From Deltaproteobacteria bacterium TL4 (GTDB lineage: Bacteria; SAR324; NAC60-12), in assembly GCA_051382335.1 (NCBI GenBank), contig JBBCAX010000253.1, positions 10,552-74,551 of the forward strand: a DNA stretch of 64,000 nt, given 5' to 3'. Below the pieces are notes generated by a model that saw nothing but the letters and a program-made list of their open reading frames with translations, had not been told where the DNA came from and made no database searches. Below, piece by piece: positions 9,235 to 18,762 of this stretch; within the stretch, counting starts at the first letter, position 1, and each line of letters begins with the position of its first letter. A program made the translations under genes and the position numbers.

Positions 9235-10458
9235 ATGGAAAAAATCAATCATTCCACCCCTATCATCGGGATCATCCTAACAATTATTACCTTCTCTCCA
9301 CAAAGATTACTGGCTTTTGATGGTGATTATATGATTCAGGAACCTGATTTTGTTGAAGATAATTTCATTGATATTAAAGCCTATCAGCCTAATCAATTAC
9401 GTCAACGGGAGTGGAATCAAACGCTTAATGGACTCCGTATCGTAGAAGGCACCTTAGATATGAATTTTACTTATCTCGAGCTGGAACTTCGTCTTCAACA
9501 AAATATCAATTCAATACTCACCCTTTCTTATCACATGAAACATCATGAATTTTATGGAATCAAACCACTTCGACAACAATTGGAATTCCAGTTACACCTC
9601 CAGCAATACGTTCATCTCTCGATTGTAGGTTTTCCCGCGTATGATAAAAGGACAGGTGATTTAGGAGGTGCAATCACGTTGGGAGTTCCTGATGAAACCA
9701 CCCTAAGATTTGAGCGTATCGCCCAAGATGTTTACTATAATGAAAAGAATTTTGAGACAGACCGATACATAACGCCCCCTATTGAAGATCGAATTAGCGT
9801 AACGGTAAATTTGAAGCCTGATTTGCGTTTTTGGGCGGATGTTCTTCTGGAACACCCTATGGAACAATTCTTTCCTGAGACTGACATGAACTTTAACGCT
9901 GAAGGCAAAACGGTTGAGTGGCGTTTGGAGCATTTTCTTTCAGATTATGAGGTTTGGGGGTTAAATCACAAAGAAGAGGTGAGTGAAAAATCCTGGAATG
10001 CCTCTAATAGTGAGGAAGCCTCACAAAAAATAAAATTCCTTTCAGCGGAGTTCTTTTGGATACAGCAAGCGCCGTTTTTTAATAATGTGCCTCTGATCGC
10101 AGGAACTCAGTTCGATCACTTTGAAAATAAAGTTAAACCTAAAAATCATGAATTGCCGGAATATAACTATTCCTTAACAACCTGGCAAATTTACAGTTTT
10201 TTTATACACCATTGGAATCCTGAATTGGACTGGGAGTACGCGTTTTTTTTCGGTGAAGTCAATGAAACGAAAGATTACGAATCAGACGTAACTGAAGATA
10301 TCAATAAATATGGCTTAGAACATGCGTTTAGGCTCAGTTGGGAATGGCATTCTTCAGATCATCACTCCTCCCTTACCTTTATCAGCAGTTGGAGCTTGGA
10401 TGAATTAAAAAACACAGCATGGGATGGTGGTGGCACAACCGTACAGATCAAATATTAG
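9235..10458 (+). CDS. Exported hypothetical protein, probable outer-membrane beta-barrel
   Basis: Signal-peptide-like N-terminus, alternating beta-strand patterns and a terminal aromatic residue (TTVQIKY). Confidence 0.55.
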   Translation: MEKINHSTPIIGIILTIITFSPQRLLAFDGDYMIQEPDFVEDNFIDIKAYQPNQLRQREWNQTLNGLRIVEGTLDMNFTYLELELRLQQNINSILTLSYHMKHHEFYGIKPLRQQLEFQLHLQQYVHLSIVGFPAYDKRTGDLGGAITLGVPDETTLRFERIAQDVYYNEKNFETDRYITPPIEDRISVTVNLKPDLRFWADVLLEHPMEQFFPETDMNFNAEGKTVEWRLEHFLSDYEVWGLNHKEEVSEKSWNASNSEEASQKIKFLSAEFFWIQQAPFFNNVPLIAGTQFDHFENKVKPKNHELPEYNYSLTTWQIYSFFIHHWNPELDWEYAFFFGEVNETKDYESDVTEDINKYGLEHAFRLSWEWHSSDHHSSLTFISSWSLDELKNTAWDGGGTTVQIKY

Positions 10459-10710
10459 CGCAAGCATCCCTTCTGAAGTAAGCCTAAAACATTAGAAGCC
10501 CAATACACCTAAAAATAGTAAAAATCGTATCAGATCCGTCCAATAAAAAGAAAAAAGTTTTTTATGGCAACGAGGGTGAGTTGGTATAACTGGTTGAATG
10601 GATCTTACTCCTAAAAAATAAAAATTGTCTAGACATTGGAGCCTATTTAATCGAAATTGATCCAACCACTCTCTCTGCGAAACTTATTAAAAATATAATG
10701 AGAACTCTGT

Positions 10711-12129
10711 ATGCCCTCTTCTCCCGAATCCTATCAAAATAAATGGCTGGTCATGTCCGCTGTGGCAATGGGACTTTTTTTAGCCACTATTGACGGAAGC
10801 ATTGTCAATATTGCGCTACCAACTATTGTCAAAGCCTTAAATACTGATTTTTCAGTGGTACAATGGGTGGTGTTGTCCTATTTATTGACAGTGACGACCT
10901 TGATGTTGAGCATTGGACGTCTAGCGGATATAATGGGTAAAAAATCACTTTATTTATCGGGGTTTATAATTTTCACCATAAGTTCTGTTTTGTGTGGTTT
11001 GGCTCATGGCGTCTATTGGCTCATCGTTTTGAGGATTGTGCAAGGTATTGGTTCCGCCCTGATTATGGCGTTGGGAGCTGCGATCATTACTGAGGCCTTT
11101 CCGCCTACTGAGCGAGGAAAAGCCATGGGGGTGGTTGGGACGATCGTCTCTTTGGGCATCATTACGGGGCCGACCCTGGGCGGGATTATCATTGAATTAC
11201 TTTCGTGGCGCTGGATATTTCTTGTCAATCTTCCCGTGGGGATCGTTGGTATTTACATGGTCATTCGTTTCATCCCTTCCCAAAAACCCAGAGGTGGACA
11301 AAAATTTGATTACTGGGGGGCGATTACGCTGTTTATTAGTTTGAGCTCTTTCCTTTTGGCTCTAACTTTTGGACAGCAAAAAGGCTTTTTAGAAAAATCA
11401 GTTATCGCTCTTTTTGTAAGTTGGTTCATCTCCCTGATTGTATTTTTAGTCATTGAAAAAAAGACGACGGAACCCGTCATTAAATTAAGTATTTTTAAAA
11501 ATAAAATGTTCAGTTACAGCGTGGGCTCAGGCTTTATGACCTTCGTGGCAGTTTCAGGCAGTTCTATTTTAATGCCTTTTTTTATGGAAAATGTCCTCAA
11601 CTATACAACCTTGCATATGGGGCTATTGATGGGCATCGTTCCGTTTATGATGGGGATTTCATCTCCCCTTGCGGGACATTTTTCCGATCGTTTTGGTTCC
11701 AGAAAAATATGCCTGACCGGTTTGATTTTAATACCTATTTCCTATTTTTTGATCAGTCGCATGAACGAAGCTTCTACCGCACTTGAATACATCCTGATAG
11801 CAACGCCCTTAGGAATTGGGATGGGCATTTTTCAGGCACCCAATAATAGTGTCATTATGGGCTCTGTGCCCCGTGAAAGTCTTGGCATTGCTTCCGGTCT
11901 TTTGTCCATAACCCGAACCCTGGGGCAGACGGTGGGCATCGCTATCTTTGGCGCCATTTGGGCTACTCGAACCAGATTCTATGCAGGAGTTGACTTTGCT
12001 GGAAAAACCACGAAAACTCCTCTTCTGGCCCAGGTTTCAGCCTTTCAAGATACTTTTTTAATAGCTTCCATAATGCTAACAGTCGCCTTGATAATTTTCT
12101 TCATAGGAACCAGAAAATCTGATTATTAA
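10711..12129 (+). CDS. MFS transporter, DHA2 (EmrB/QacA) family
   Basis: Motifs DGSIVNIALP, GRLADIMG, GPTLGG, WRWIFLVNLPVG and DYWG; many hydrophobic segments. Confidence 0.92.
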   Translation: MPSSPESYQNKWLVMSAVAMGLFLATIDGSIVNIALPTIVKALNTDFSVVQWVVLSYLLTVTTLMLSIGRLADIMGKKSLYLSGFIIFTISSVLCGLAHGVYWLIVLRIVQGIGSALIMALGAAIITEAFPPTERGKAMGVVGTIVSLGIITGPTLGGIIIELLSWRWIFLVNLPVGIVGIYMVIRFIPSQKPRGGQKFDYWGAITLFISLSSFLLALTFGQQKGFLEKSVIALFVSWFISLIVFLVIEKKTTEPVIKLSIFKNKMFSYSVGSGFMTFVAVSGSSILMPFFMENVLNYTTLHMGLLMGIVPFMMGISSPLAGHFSDRFGSRKICLTGLILIPISYFLISRMNEASTALEYILIATPLGIGMGIFQAPNNSVIMGSVPRESLGIASGLLSITRTLGQTVGIAIFGAIWATRTRFYAGVDFAGKTTKTPLLAQVSAFQDTFLIASIMLTVALIIFFIGTRKSDY

Positions 12130-12399
12130 AGGGATTCTCCCCAAAAATCAGGGTAACATCGAGTTTGGTTTTTTTCTGTCCTCCCTTGCCTGATTTTTGG
12201 CGTAGCTTCTCCATCCTGTTAAAAACAAGAATTCGTTGTATTTTAGCGGTTTCAGTGAGAGTCATAAAACGGTCATTAGCTTTGGTTCCTTATGGGGTTT
12301 GGTGTTAGCGATGCTCTGATCCAATTGCTCATAACCGGTTTCAATTGCTTATTTTTTTTATTGGGAAGTCTCCTGAACATATTCCAAGACCTAAGGTTT

Positions 12400-15300
12400 A
12401 TGAAAAAAAAGTTCAAATTACTGGCTCTCCTTTTGATAGGAGGGGGCATGATTTTTCCTGTGATTCTTACGGTTTTTGTAGATCCTAATATTTTTAAAGA
12501 ACAGATTGCGTCCGTCATCAGAATGAGCATTCACAGGGATGTCCAATTTGTTGATGATTTCAAACTGTCCTATTTTCCCCAAATGGGAATCAAAACAGGA
12601 AAAATCGTTATTGGGAATCCGGAAGGTTTTGGAACACTTCCTTTTGCAACGCTTGAAAGCGCAAAAATTGGCGTTAAGCTGATTCCTCTGCTTCAAAAAA
12701 AACTGTCGCTCAAAGGGATTAAAATCATTGGCTTCAAGCTTGCGTTGGTTCGCCAAGTCGAAGGGAAGTCGAACTGGGACGATTTTGTCGCAAAGGAAGA
12801 GGAAAAAGATCTAAAAGCCAAAGAAGAAACCACACCCGTAGATTTCAGTTTTTTAAAAGATTTGCATATCCAAAAAGTTCTCCTTTCAGAAACCGAAATT
12901 TCCTATTCGGATCACCTCAAACAGCAATTTTTTTCTTTATCCGCTATTGAATTTCAAGTGGATGAAATAAAATCAGGAACTCCTTTTACGATTCATTTCA
13001 GTGGGATCGCAAACAGTAAATCCTTAAACCTCCAATCCGAATTATTGCTTGACGCCAGTTCTGTTTTTGACGTGGAACAACAGACCTTGAAACTTTCTTC
13101 GCTGACATTTAAAGCGTTTGGCCTGGAACTTCAGAGTCAGTTTTTGGTAAGTAATTTATTCAGTACTCCAACCCTCAAGGGGACGATCGCTACCCCTGGT
13201 TTCAATTTATCGCATCTGCTTCAAGAATTACAAATACCGCTGCCGCCGTTTCGGGATCCTGGCGTATTAGCTTGGGTTGAACTGAATACTCACATCAACC
13301 TCACGGAAAAGGATGTCCGTTTTTCCGGGCTTCAAATAAAGATTGATGAGACCACCCTGACGGCAAATGCGGAGTTAAGAGATTGGGCTTCTTTGGAATC
13401 CCGCTTCCAAATTAAGGTGGATCAGTTGAATCTTGACCGATATTTACCGACAAAAACGCCAACGGCGATTCCCGCCACACCAGACCTCACGGTTGCCGAG
13501 CCTTTGCCCTTTCCGCTCAAACCCTATGAAGTAAAACTTCCGCTGGAATTGCTCCGGTTCTTGAATTTTGAAGGCGAAGTCCGTTTAGGTCACTTAAATG
13601 TTCAAGGCCTTTCTATAAGCAATCTTCAAGTCCACGCCCAGGCAAAAGAGGGGTTGATTCACATCACACCGCTTCAACTGAAGGTCTTTGACGGCACGAT
13701 TACCTCAAAAATCATATTGGATCTTCGCGATAAAATAGCTGAAGACAGTCTATTCTCCCTCACTATATCGGAAATGAACACCCAACTGCTATTGAAGCAA
13801 TTCCTCAACAAGGGTCAAGGCTATGGGCCCCTCAATCTTGAGGCTCAGGTTAAATTTCAGATCCTGGATGAAAAATTGCGAATGAGTAAGGTTTCGTTGA
13901 AGGTTTTGGATACAGACGTTCAATTAACGATTAATGAAGGAACGCAAATGCTGTCGAATCCTAAAATCAAGGGGGAGTTGACGCTGGTCAACAACAGTCT
14001 TCGCAAAACGCTTCAGGTTTTTAAACCGGAGGCCCTTCAAACCCAAGACGCCTCAGCCTTATCGTTGCTTGAGGCACGAATGGCTTTCGCGCTGGCACTA
14101 GACCATCTGGAAATTTCAACACTTCAGGTGAAGCTGGATGAAACCGGACTTGAGGCTCGTGGAAGTCTTGACTATAAGCAGTTATGGAGCACAACCGTCG
14201 CCTTGAATATTGATGACCTTGATCTTGACAAGTATTTACCGCCTCCTTCCGAAAACAAAGAACCCCTCACAACACCCCCCCTACCTGAGGGGAGCACCGT
14301 GCCCTCAACGCAAACTCCATTAGTTCTGGAATCCTTCTTTGTGCCTCTCCGTAAGCTTCAGGCGAAAGGGGTTGTGAAACTGGGAAAACTCAAAGTTAAT
14401 AATTTGAAACTTGAAGAGGTCCTCATACAAATGGAGATGGACAAAGGACTTCTTAACGTTAATCCCGCAAGCCTTAACCTTTATGAAGGGCAGGTTAAAA
14501 CGAGCCTCCAACTTGATGTACGGAAGCCCAGCAATCAAAAAAGTAAAATCACGGCAAAGATCTCCGGTGTAAAAACAAGCCCTTTATTTCAGGACTTAAA
14601 ACTGCCTTCCGCCTTCGGAACCATCAATTTCAATTCGGAAATTGAGGTTGATTTGATTCAAGAAAAAATGAACACCAACGTACTGACTTTATCAGCCTTG
14701 GGAACAACGGTTTCTATAGCTCCATTGATAGGAACTCAACTTTTCAGCAGCCCTCAGTTTGAAGGCCGTCTTCAGTTGAACTCCCTGGAATTTAAAAAAG
14801 CGCTTGCGGTGTTTATCCCGGATTTTCCGATTTTTAAGGATCCCGCCGTTTTAAAATCCTTGAACGCGACGCTTGATTTTAAGGTAACCTCTGATTCCGC
14901 GGAATTATCCCAAGTTCAGATCAAGACAGAGGGGAGCACGCTGAGTTCCCATATGATACTGAACCATTATTCCAATCCTGAAATCACGTTCAAAACCAAA
15001 TTAGACCGGATCGATCTGGATCGGTATTTGCTTCAGAAAAAAACGGAACAAAAATTCGATGCAGAAACTAAAGTTTCCGATAGTAAAGAGGCGTTGCCCC
15101 AAACAGTCCCCTCGTCACAGGGGTTTGACAAACAGGGACTCTTAGCCCTGCTTCAACCGCTGAACATTGACGCGCAAGTCCTGATCACGGATCTCCGTGT
15201 GCAAAAGATTCCGGTTAAGAATATTGAACTTCAGTTTTCCTCCCAAGATGGAAAAATCAACCTTTCTCCTTTTCGTTTTGATCTGTACACAGGAACCTTT

Positions 15301-18300
15301 TCCTCAGAGTTTTATTTGGACGCGAATCCTGGTCAGGAAGGTCAGGGGTCTCTGACTTTGAATCTGAAACAAGTTCCCGCCTCTGCTTTATTTCATGATC
15401 TTTTAAACAACAATCAGGCTTTTGGCGAAATCAATGTTAACACCGAAATTTTATTTTCCCTGCTGAAAGAACGCTTAACGATTGAAAAGCTTCAGGCTTC
15501 TGTCTTGAACACGAAATTGAGTCTGGAATCAGTTGTTGGACAAAAACTGCTGACTGCGCCACTTTTTCAGGGAACCCTTAAAATGGACTCACCCCTGTTA
15601 CAAAAAGACCTTTCGGTGGTGGTGCCCTCACTGCCTTTGTTTCAAGACCCTGACGTTCTAAAAATTTTTGCCGCCCAACTCGATTTTGAAATTACGCCGT
15701 CTTACTTAAAAGGGTCCAAGCTTCTCGTAAAATTGGATGAGACAACCCTGAACGCCAAAGCGGAAGTGAACTTGAACCATGTCTATCAAGCGTCGTTTTA
15801 TGGAGATATCGATACACTCAATCTTGACCGGTACCGGGTACGTCCTGTAGCAGGAACGCCAGCGCCAGCATCCCGGAAAAAAGAGCTACCTCCCGTCAAC
15901 ACTCCCTTTAAAATTCCTTTTGAACTTTTACGGCAATTGGATTTAGAGACGTCTCTTTCCTTAAAACATTTGGTGGTGAAGCGCTTGACCTTATCGAATC
16001 TTTTCTTAAAGGCAATCGCAAGAGAGGGTTTTATAAAACTGACACCAGCCAAGGTCGAACTTTATGAGGGTTCATTGGCGACACAAATCCTGCTTGACGT
16101 CAGAGAGAAACCCACCAGGAAAAGTCAGTTCATTCTCAACGCTCAAGATATCAGAGCAGGCGCCTTATTTAAGGATTTACTTCAACAAGATCATTTTGAG
16201 GGCACCCTCCAACTCAAAATCCTGGTCGATTTTGATCCTTTTGAGGAATCCCTGGAAAGCGAAGAGTTTCAAATTTCGGCATTGGGCGCGACACTAAGAT
16301 TGTCTGCCTTAAGAGGCAGAACGTTATTGAGTAATCCACAACTCGAAGGACATTTAGAACTTCTCCCCTTTAATTTGAAAGATTCATTGAAACCCTTTCC
16401 GGCTTTACTTCCAGAACGCCAGGATCCTGAAACCCTTTCAAAGGTTGCCTCAACGTTTGACTTTCTTGTAACCCCTGATAGTTTAACCGTTCAGGAGTTA
16501 AACCTGTCTTTGGATCAAACGCAACTTAAGGGGGAACTGTTTATAGACCATTTTGAGGATCCCAAGATACAATTTCAACTTCATGTGGACGCTCTGAATG
16601 TGGATCGTTATCTTCCGGTTCCTGCCGTAAAGGTGGAAGAATCAGTGCCTGCAAGCCCAGAGATGAAACAAAACGACCTTAACACTCCGCCTCCTGTGGC
16701 CTTGGTCTCGGCGCCTGTTCCCCAAGAATTTCAAAAGACTCTCGAGGAGATCTTTGAATCCCTGAGAGCGCTTCAACTAAAAGGCCTACTTGAGGTTAAA
16801 AACTTATCGGCCCAGAAAATCAAGGTTGAAGAGGTGTTACTCCATCTCAACGCGGATCAGGGAATCCTCCAGATTTCGCCGTTACAAGTGAACCTGTATC
16901 AGGGAAATATGACTTCTGAGGCCACGCTTGATTTACGCGCCTCAGGCTCACAACCCAGCACCTTTCAATTGTCGATAAAGGGGGTACAAACGGGGACTTT
17001 AATCAAAGATTTAACCGGAAATGATAAAATCACGCTGCCTCTTGATTTTGAAAGTCAAGCACAACTCAACTTACGTGAAGAAACCTTCAAGGTGGAGCGG
17101 TTGACTTTATCCGCGGCCAATCTGCGTCTGGTGTCAAAGGAGATACAAGGCAAAACCCTCTTTAAAAATCCTCAAATCACCGGTTCTTTCAACGTGGAAC
17201 CTTTTAATCTGAGAACTCTTTTAACCGCGTTAGGACAAGCCATCCCTGAAACCAGTGACAAGAAAGTTTTAACCTCAGTCAAGGGCGATCTGAATTTTAA
17301 GCTGTCACCCCAGGCCATCGATATTCGTTCGCTACACCTTAAATTGGATGACAGTACGTTGGAAGCCTATGGCGGAATTGCTAACGTGAAAGACCCGCTT
17401 TCAACCTTCCATCTAGAAATTGATCGCCTGGATTTGGATCGATACCTTCCTCCTGTGGAGGTAAAAGCCGTCAAGGCTCAGGACGCTGCGCTGGTTGAAG
17501 AGAAGGGAACATTTGCCCGTATTGGAGACAGTATCAAAGGAAGTTTTGGAATTATTGGGAAAGGGTTTCGTTTTTTTAAAGGCTTATTGGAATATCTTTT
17601 TCAAAAAAGGGTGGATGTTGAAGAAGTGGTCACGGCTATAGCGACAGAACCTGGTGTAGACACCATGCTGTTAGAAGTCGTTCGGACGTTGAAAATGAAA
17701 GGAGATTTAAAGATCAATCAGCTAAAAGTCAGTAATCTTAAAGTTTCTGAAGTATTCACAGGCGTTTCTTTATTCAATGGGGACATCTCCATTTCACCGC
17801 TCAGGATGCAACTGTATGGCGGAAACGTCTCAACCTTCGCAAAAATTGATCTGCAGAAAAGCAGTACCGCCAGTAATTTGTTCCGCATCGCGGTTTATAA
17901 CGTTCAAGCCGGTCCCCTGATCGAAGACTTAACAGGGGATACCTTATTGCAAGGCCTCATTAACACCAATGCGCGTATTGCTTTTGAAGGTCTTGAGAAA
18001 CTTACCATTAAAAAAACTTTAAATGGCCGTGCGTCTTTTGACATAAAAAAGTTATTGATCAAAGATTTTGATGTGGCCAAAATATTGAGAGAACACTTTG
18101 TTTTGTTTTCTGAAAAGATCCCTGAAAAAAATCGTAAAGCCAGTGATTATGCCGACGTTCGCGGAAGCCTCAAAATTAGTGATGGACGAATCAAAAATAA
18201 TGATCTAAAAGTTAGAATGCCTCTGTTTCGTGTCACAGGGAATGGGTATGCCAGTTTACTGTCAGAAACCATTGATTATTTAATCAAAGCGAAAGTGGTA

Positions 18301-18732
18301 ACCACGATGGAAGGTCAAGGAGGGGAAGAGGATCAATCCTTATTTGGCATTACGTTACCTATCCGCGTATCAGGCACGTTCGCCGCACCCTCATTTGAAA
18401 TAGAACTTTCCGAATATTTACCTGATTTGGGAATCAAAAAGGGGTATAACGCCGTCAAAGACACCTTAGGAGCTGGCGTCGAAACGGTTGGGCAAGGCCT
18501 GAAAGCGGTAGGCTCGGGAGTCACCACCGGTATGAAAGTTGTGGGCGAAGGTGTCACGACTGGCGTCAAGGCGGTGGGGAGTACGCTCGGGGCAGGAGCG
18601 CAAGCGGTCGGTGAGGGTGTCAAATCGGTGGGTACGATGCTTGGCAATATGTTCAGTAATGAAGAAAAAACTACGGAAAAAACAGATTCACCGAAGCCAG
18701 AAACTTCTAAAAAAGAGCCCATAAAAAATTAA
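12400..18732 (+). CDS. Giant AsmA-family protein (~2110 aa) with six tandem AsmA modules
   Basis: Start reassigned to ATG 12400. N-terminal TM plus VDPNIFKEQI AsmA start, SNWDD motif, six (L/I)x(L/V)D(R/K)Y motifs, and an AsmA C-terminus (IKNNDL...LPIRVSGTFAAP). Confidence 0.85.
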   Translation: MKKKFKLLALLLIGGGMIFPVILTVFVDPNIFKEQIASVIRMSIHRDVQFVDDFKLSYFPQMGIKTGKIVIGNPEGFGTLPFATLESAKIGVKLIPLLQKKLSLKGIKIIGFKLALVRQVEGKSNWDDFVAKEEEKDLKAKEETTPVDFSFLKDLHIQKVLLSETEISYSDHLKQQFFSLSAIEFQVDEIKSGTPFTIHFSGIANSKSLNLQSELLLDASSVFDVEQQTLKLSSLTFKAFGLELQSQFLVSNLFSTPTLKGTIATPGFNLSHLLQELQIPLPPFRDPGVLAWVELNTHINLTEKDVRFSGLQIKIDETTLTANAELRDWASLESRFQIKVDQLNLDRYLPTKTPTAIPATPDLTVAEPLPFPLKPYEVKLPLELLRFLNFEGEVRLGHLNVQGLSISNLQVHAQAKEGLIHITPLQLKVFDGTITSKIILDLRDKIAEDSLFSLTISEMNTQLLLKQFLNKGQGYGPLNLEAQVKFQILDEKLRMSKVSLKVLDTDVQLTINEGTQMLSNPKIKGELTLVNNSLRKTLQVFKPEALQTQDASALSLLEARMAFALALDHLEISTLQVKLDETGLEARGSLDYKQLWSTTVALNIDDLDLDKYLPPPSENKEPLTTPPLPEGSTVPSTQTPLVLESFFVPLRKLQAKGVVKLGKLKVNNLKLEEVLIQMEMDKGLLNVNPASLNLYEGQVKTSLQLDVRKPSNQKSKITAKISGVKTSPLFQDLKLPSAFGTINFNSEIEVDLIQEKMNTNVLTLSALGTTVSIAPLIGTQLFSSPQFEGRLQLNSLEFKKALAVFIPDFPIFKDPAVLKSLNATLDFKVTSDSAELSQVQIKTEGSTLSSHMILNHYSNPEITFKTKLDRIDLDRYLLQKKTEQKFDAETKVSDSKEALPQTVPSSQGFDKQGLLALLQPLNIDAQVLITDLRVQKIPVKNIELQFSSQDGKINLSPFRFDLYTGTFSSEFYLDANPGQEGQGSLTLNLKQVPASALFHDLLNNNQAFGEINVNTEILFSLLKERLTIEKLQASVLNTKLSLESVVGQKLLTAPLFQGTLKMDSPLLQKDLSVVVPSLPLFQDPDVLKIFAAQLDFEITPSYLKGSKLLVKLDETTLNAKAEVNLNHVYQASFYGDIDTLNLDRYRVRPVAGTPAPASRKKELPPVNTPFKIPFELLRQLDLETSLSLKHLVVKRLTLSNLFLKAIAREGFIKLTPAKVELYEGSLATQILLDVREKPTRKSQFILNAQDIRAGALFKDLLQQDHFEGTLQLKILVDFDPFEESLESEEFQISALGATLRLSALRGRTLLSNPQLEGHLELLPFNLKDSLKPFPALLPERQDPETLSKVASTFDFLVTPDSLTVQELNLSLDQTQLKGELFIDHFEDPKIQFQLHVDALNVDRYLPVPAVKVEESVPASPEMKQNDLNTPPPVALVSAPVPQEFQKTLEEIFESLRALQLKGLLEVKNLSAQKIKVEEVLLHLNADQGILQISPLQVNLYQGNMTSEATLDLRASGSQPSTFQLSIKGVQTGTLIKDLTGNDKITLPLDFESQAQLNLREETFKVERLTLSAANLRLVSKEIQGKTLFKNPQITGSFNVEPFNLRTLLTALGQAIPETSDKKVLTSVKGDLNFKLSPQAIDIRSLHLKLDDSTLEAYGGIANVKDPLSTFHLEIDRLDLDRYLPPVEVKAVKAQDAALVEEKGTFARIGDSIKGSFGIIGKGFRFFKGLLEYLFQKRVDVEEVVTAIATEPGVDTMLLEVVRTLKMKGDLKINQLKVSNLKVSEVFTGVSLFNGDISISPLRMQLYGGNVSTFAKIDLQKSSTASNLFRIAVYNVQAGPLIEDLTGDTLLQGLINTNARIAFEGLEKLTIKKTLNGRASFDIKKLLIKDFDVAKILREHFVLFSEKIPEKNRKASDYADVRGSLKISDGRIKNNDLKVRMPLFRVTGNGYASLLSETIDYLIKAKVVTTMEGQGGEEDQSLFGITLPIRVSGTFAAPSFEIELSEYLPDLGIKKGYNAVKDTLGAGVETVGQGLKAVGSGVTTGMKVVGEGVTTGVKAVGSTLGAGAQAVGEGVKSVGTMLGNMFSNEEKTTEKTDSPKPETSKKEPIKN

Positions 18733-18762
18733 TTTTCATCATCCAATGTTTTGAAGAGGGTC

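Noticed and set aside
12292..12399. Upstream starts given by the ORF track for AsmA (also for dxr, fabG, uppS and the 7TM gene)
   Set aside because: Downstream ATGs match the family N-termini and signal or TM positions better.
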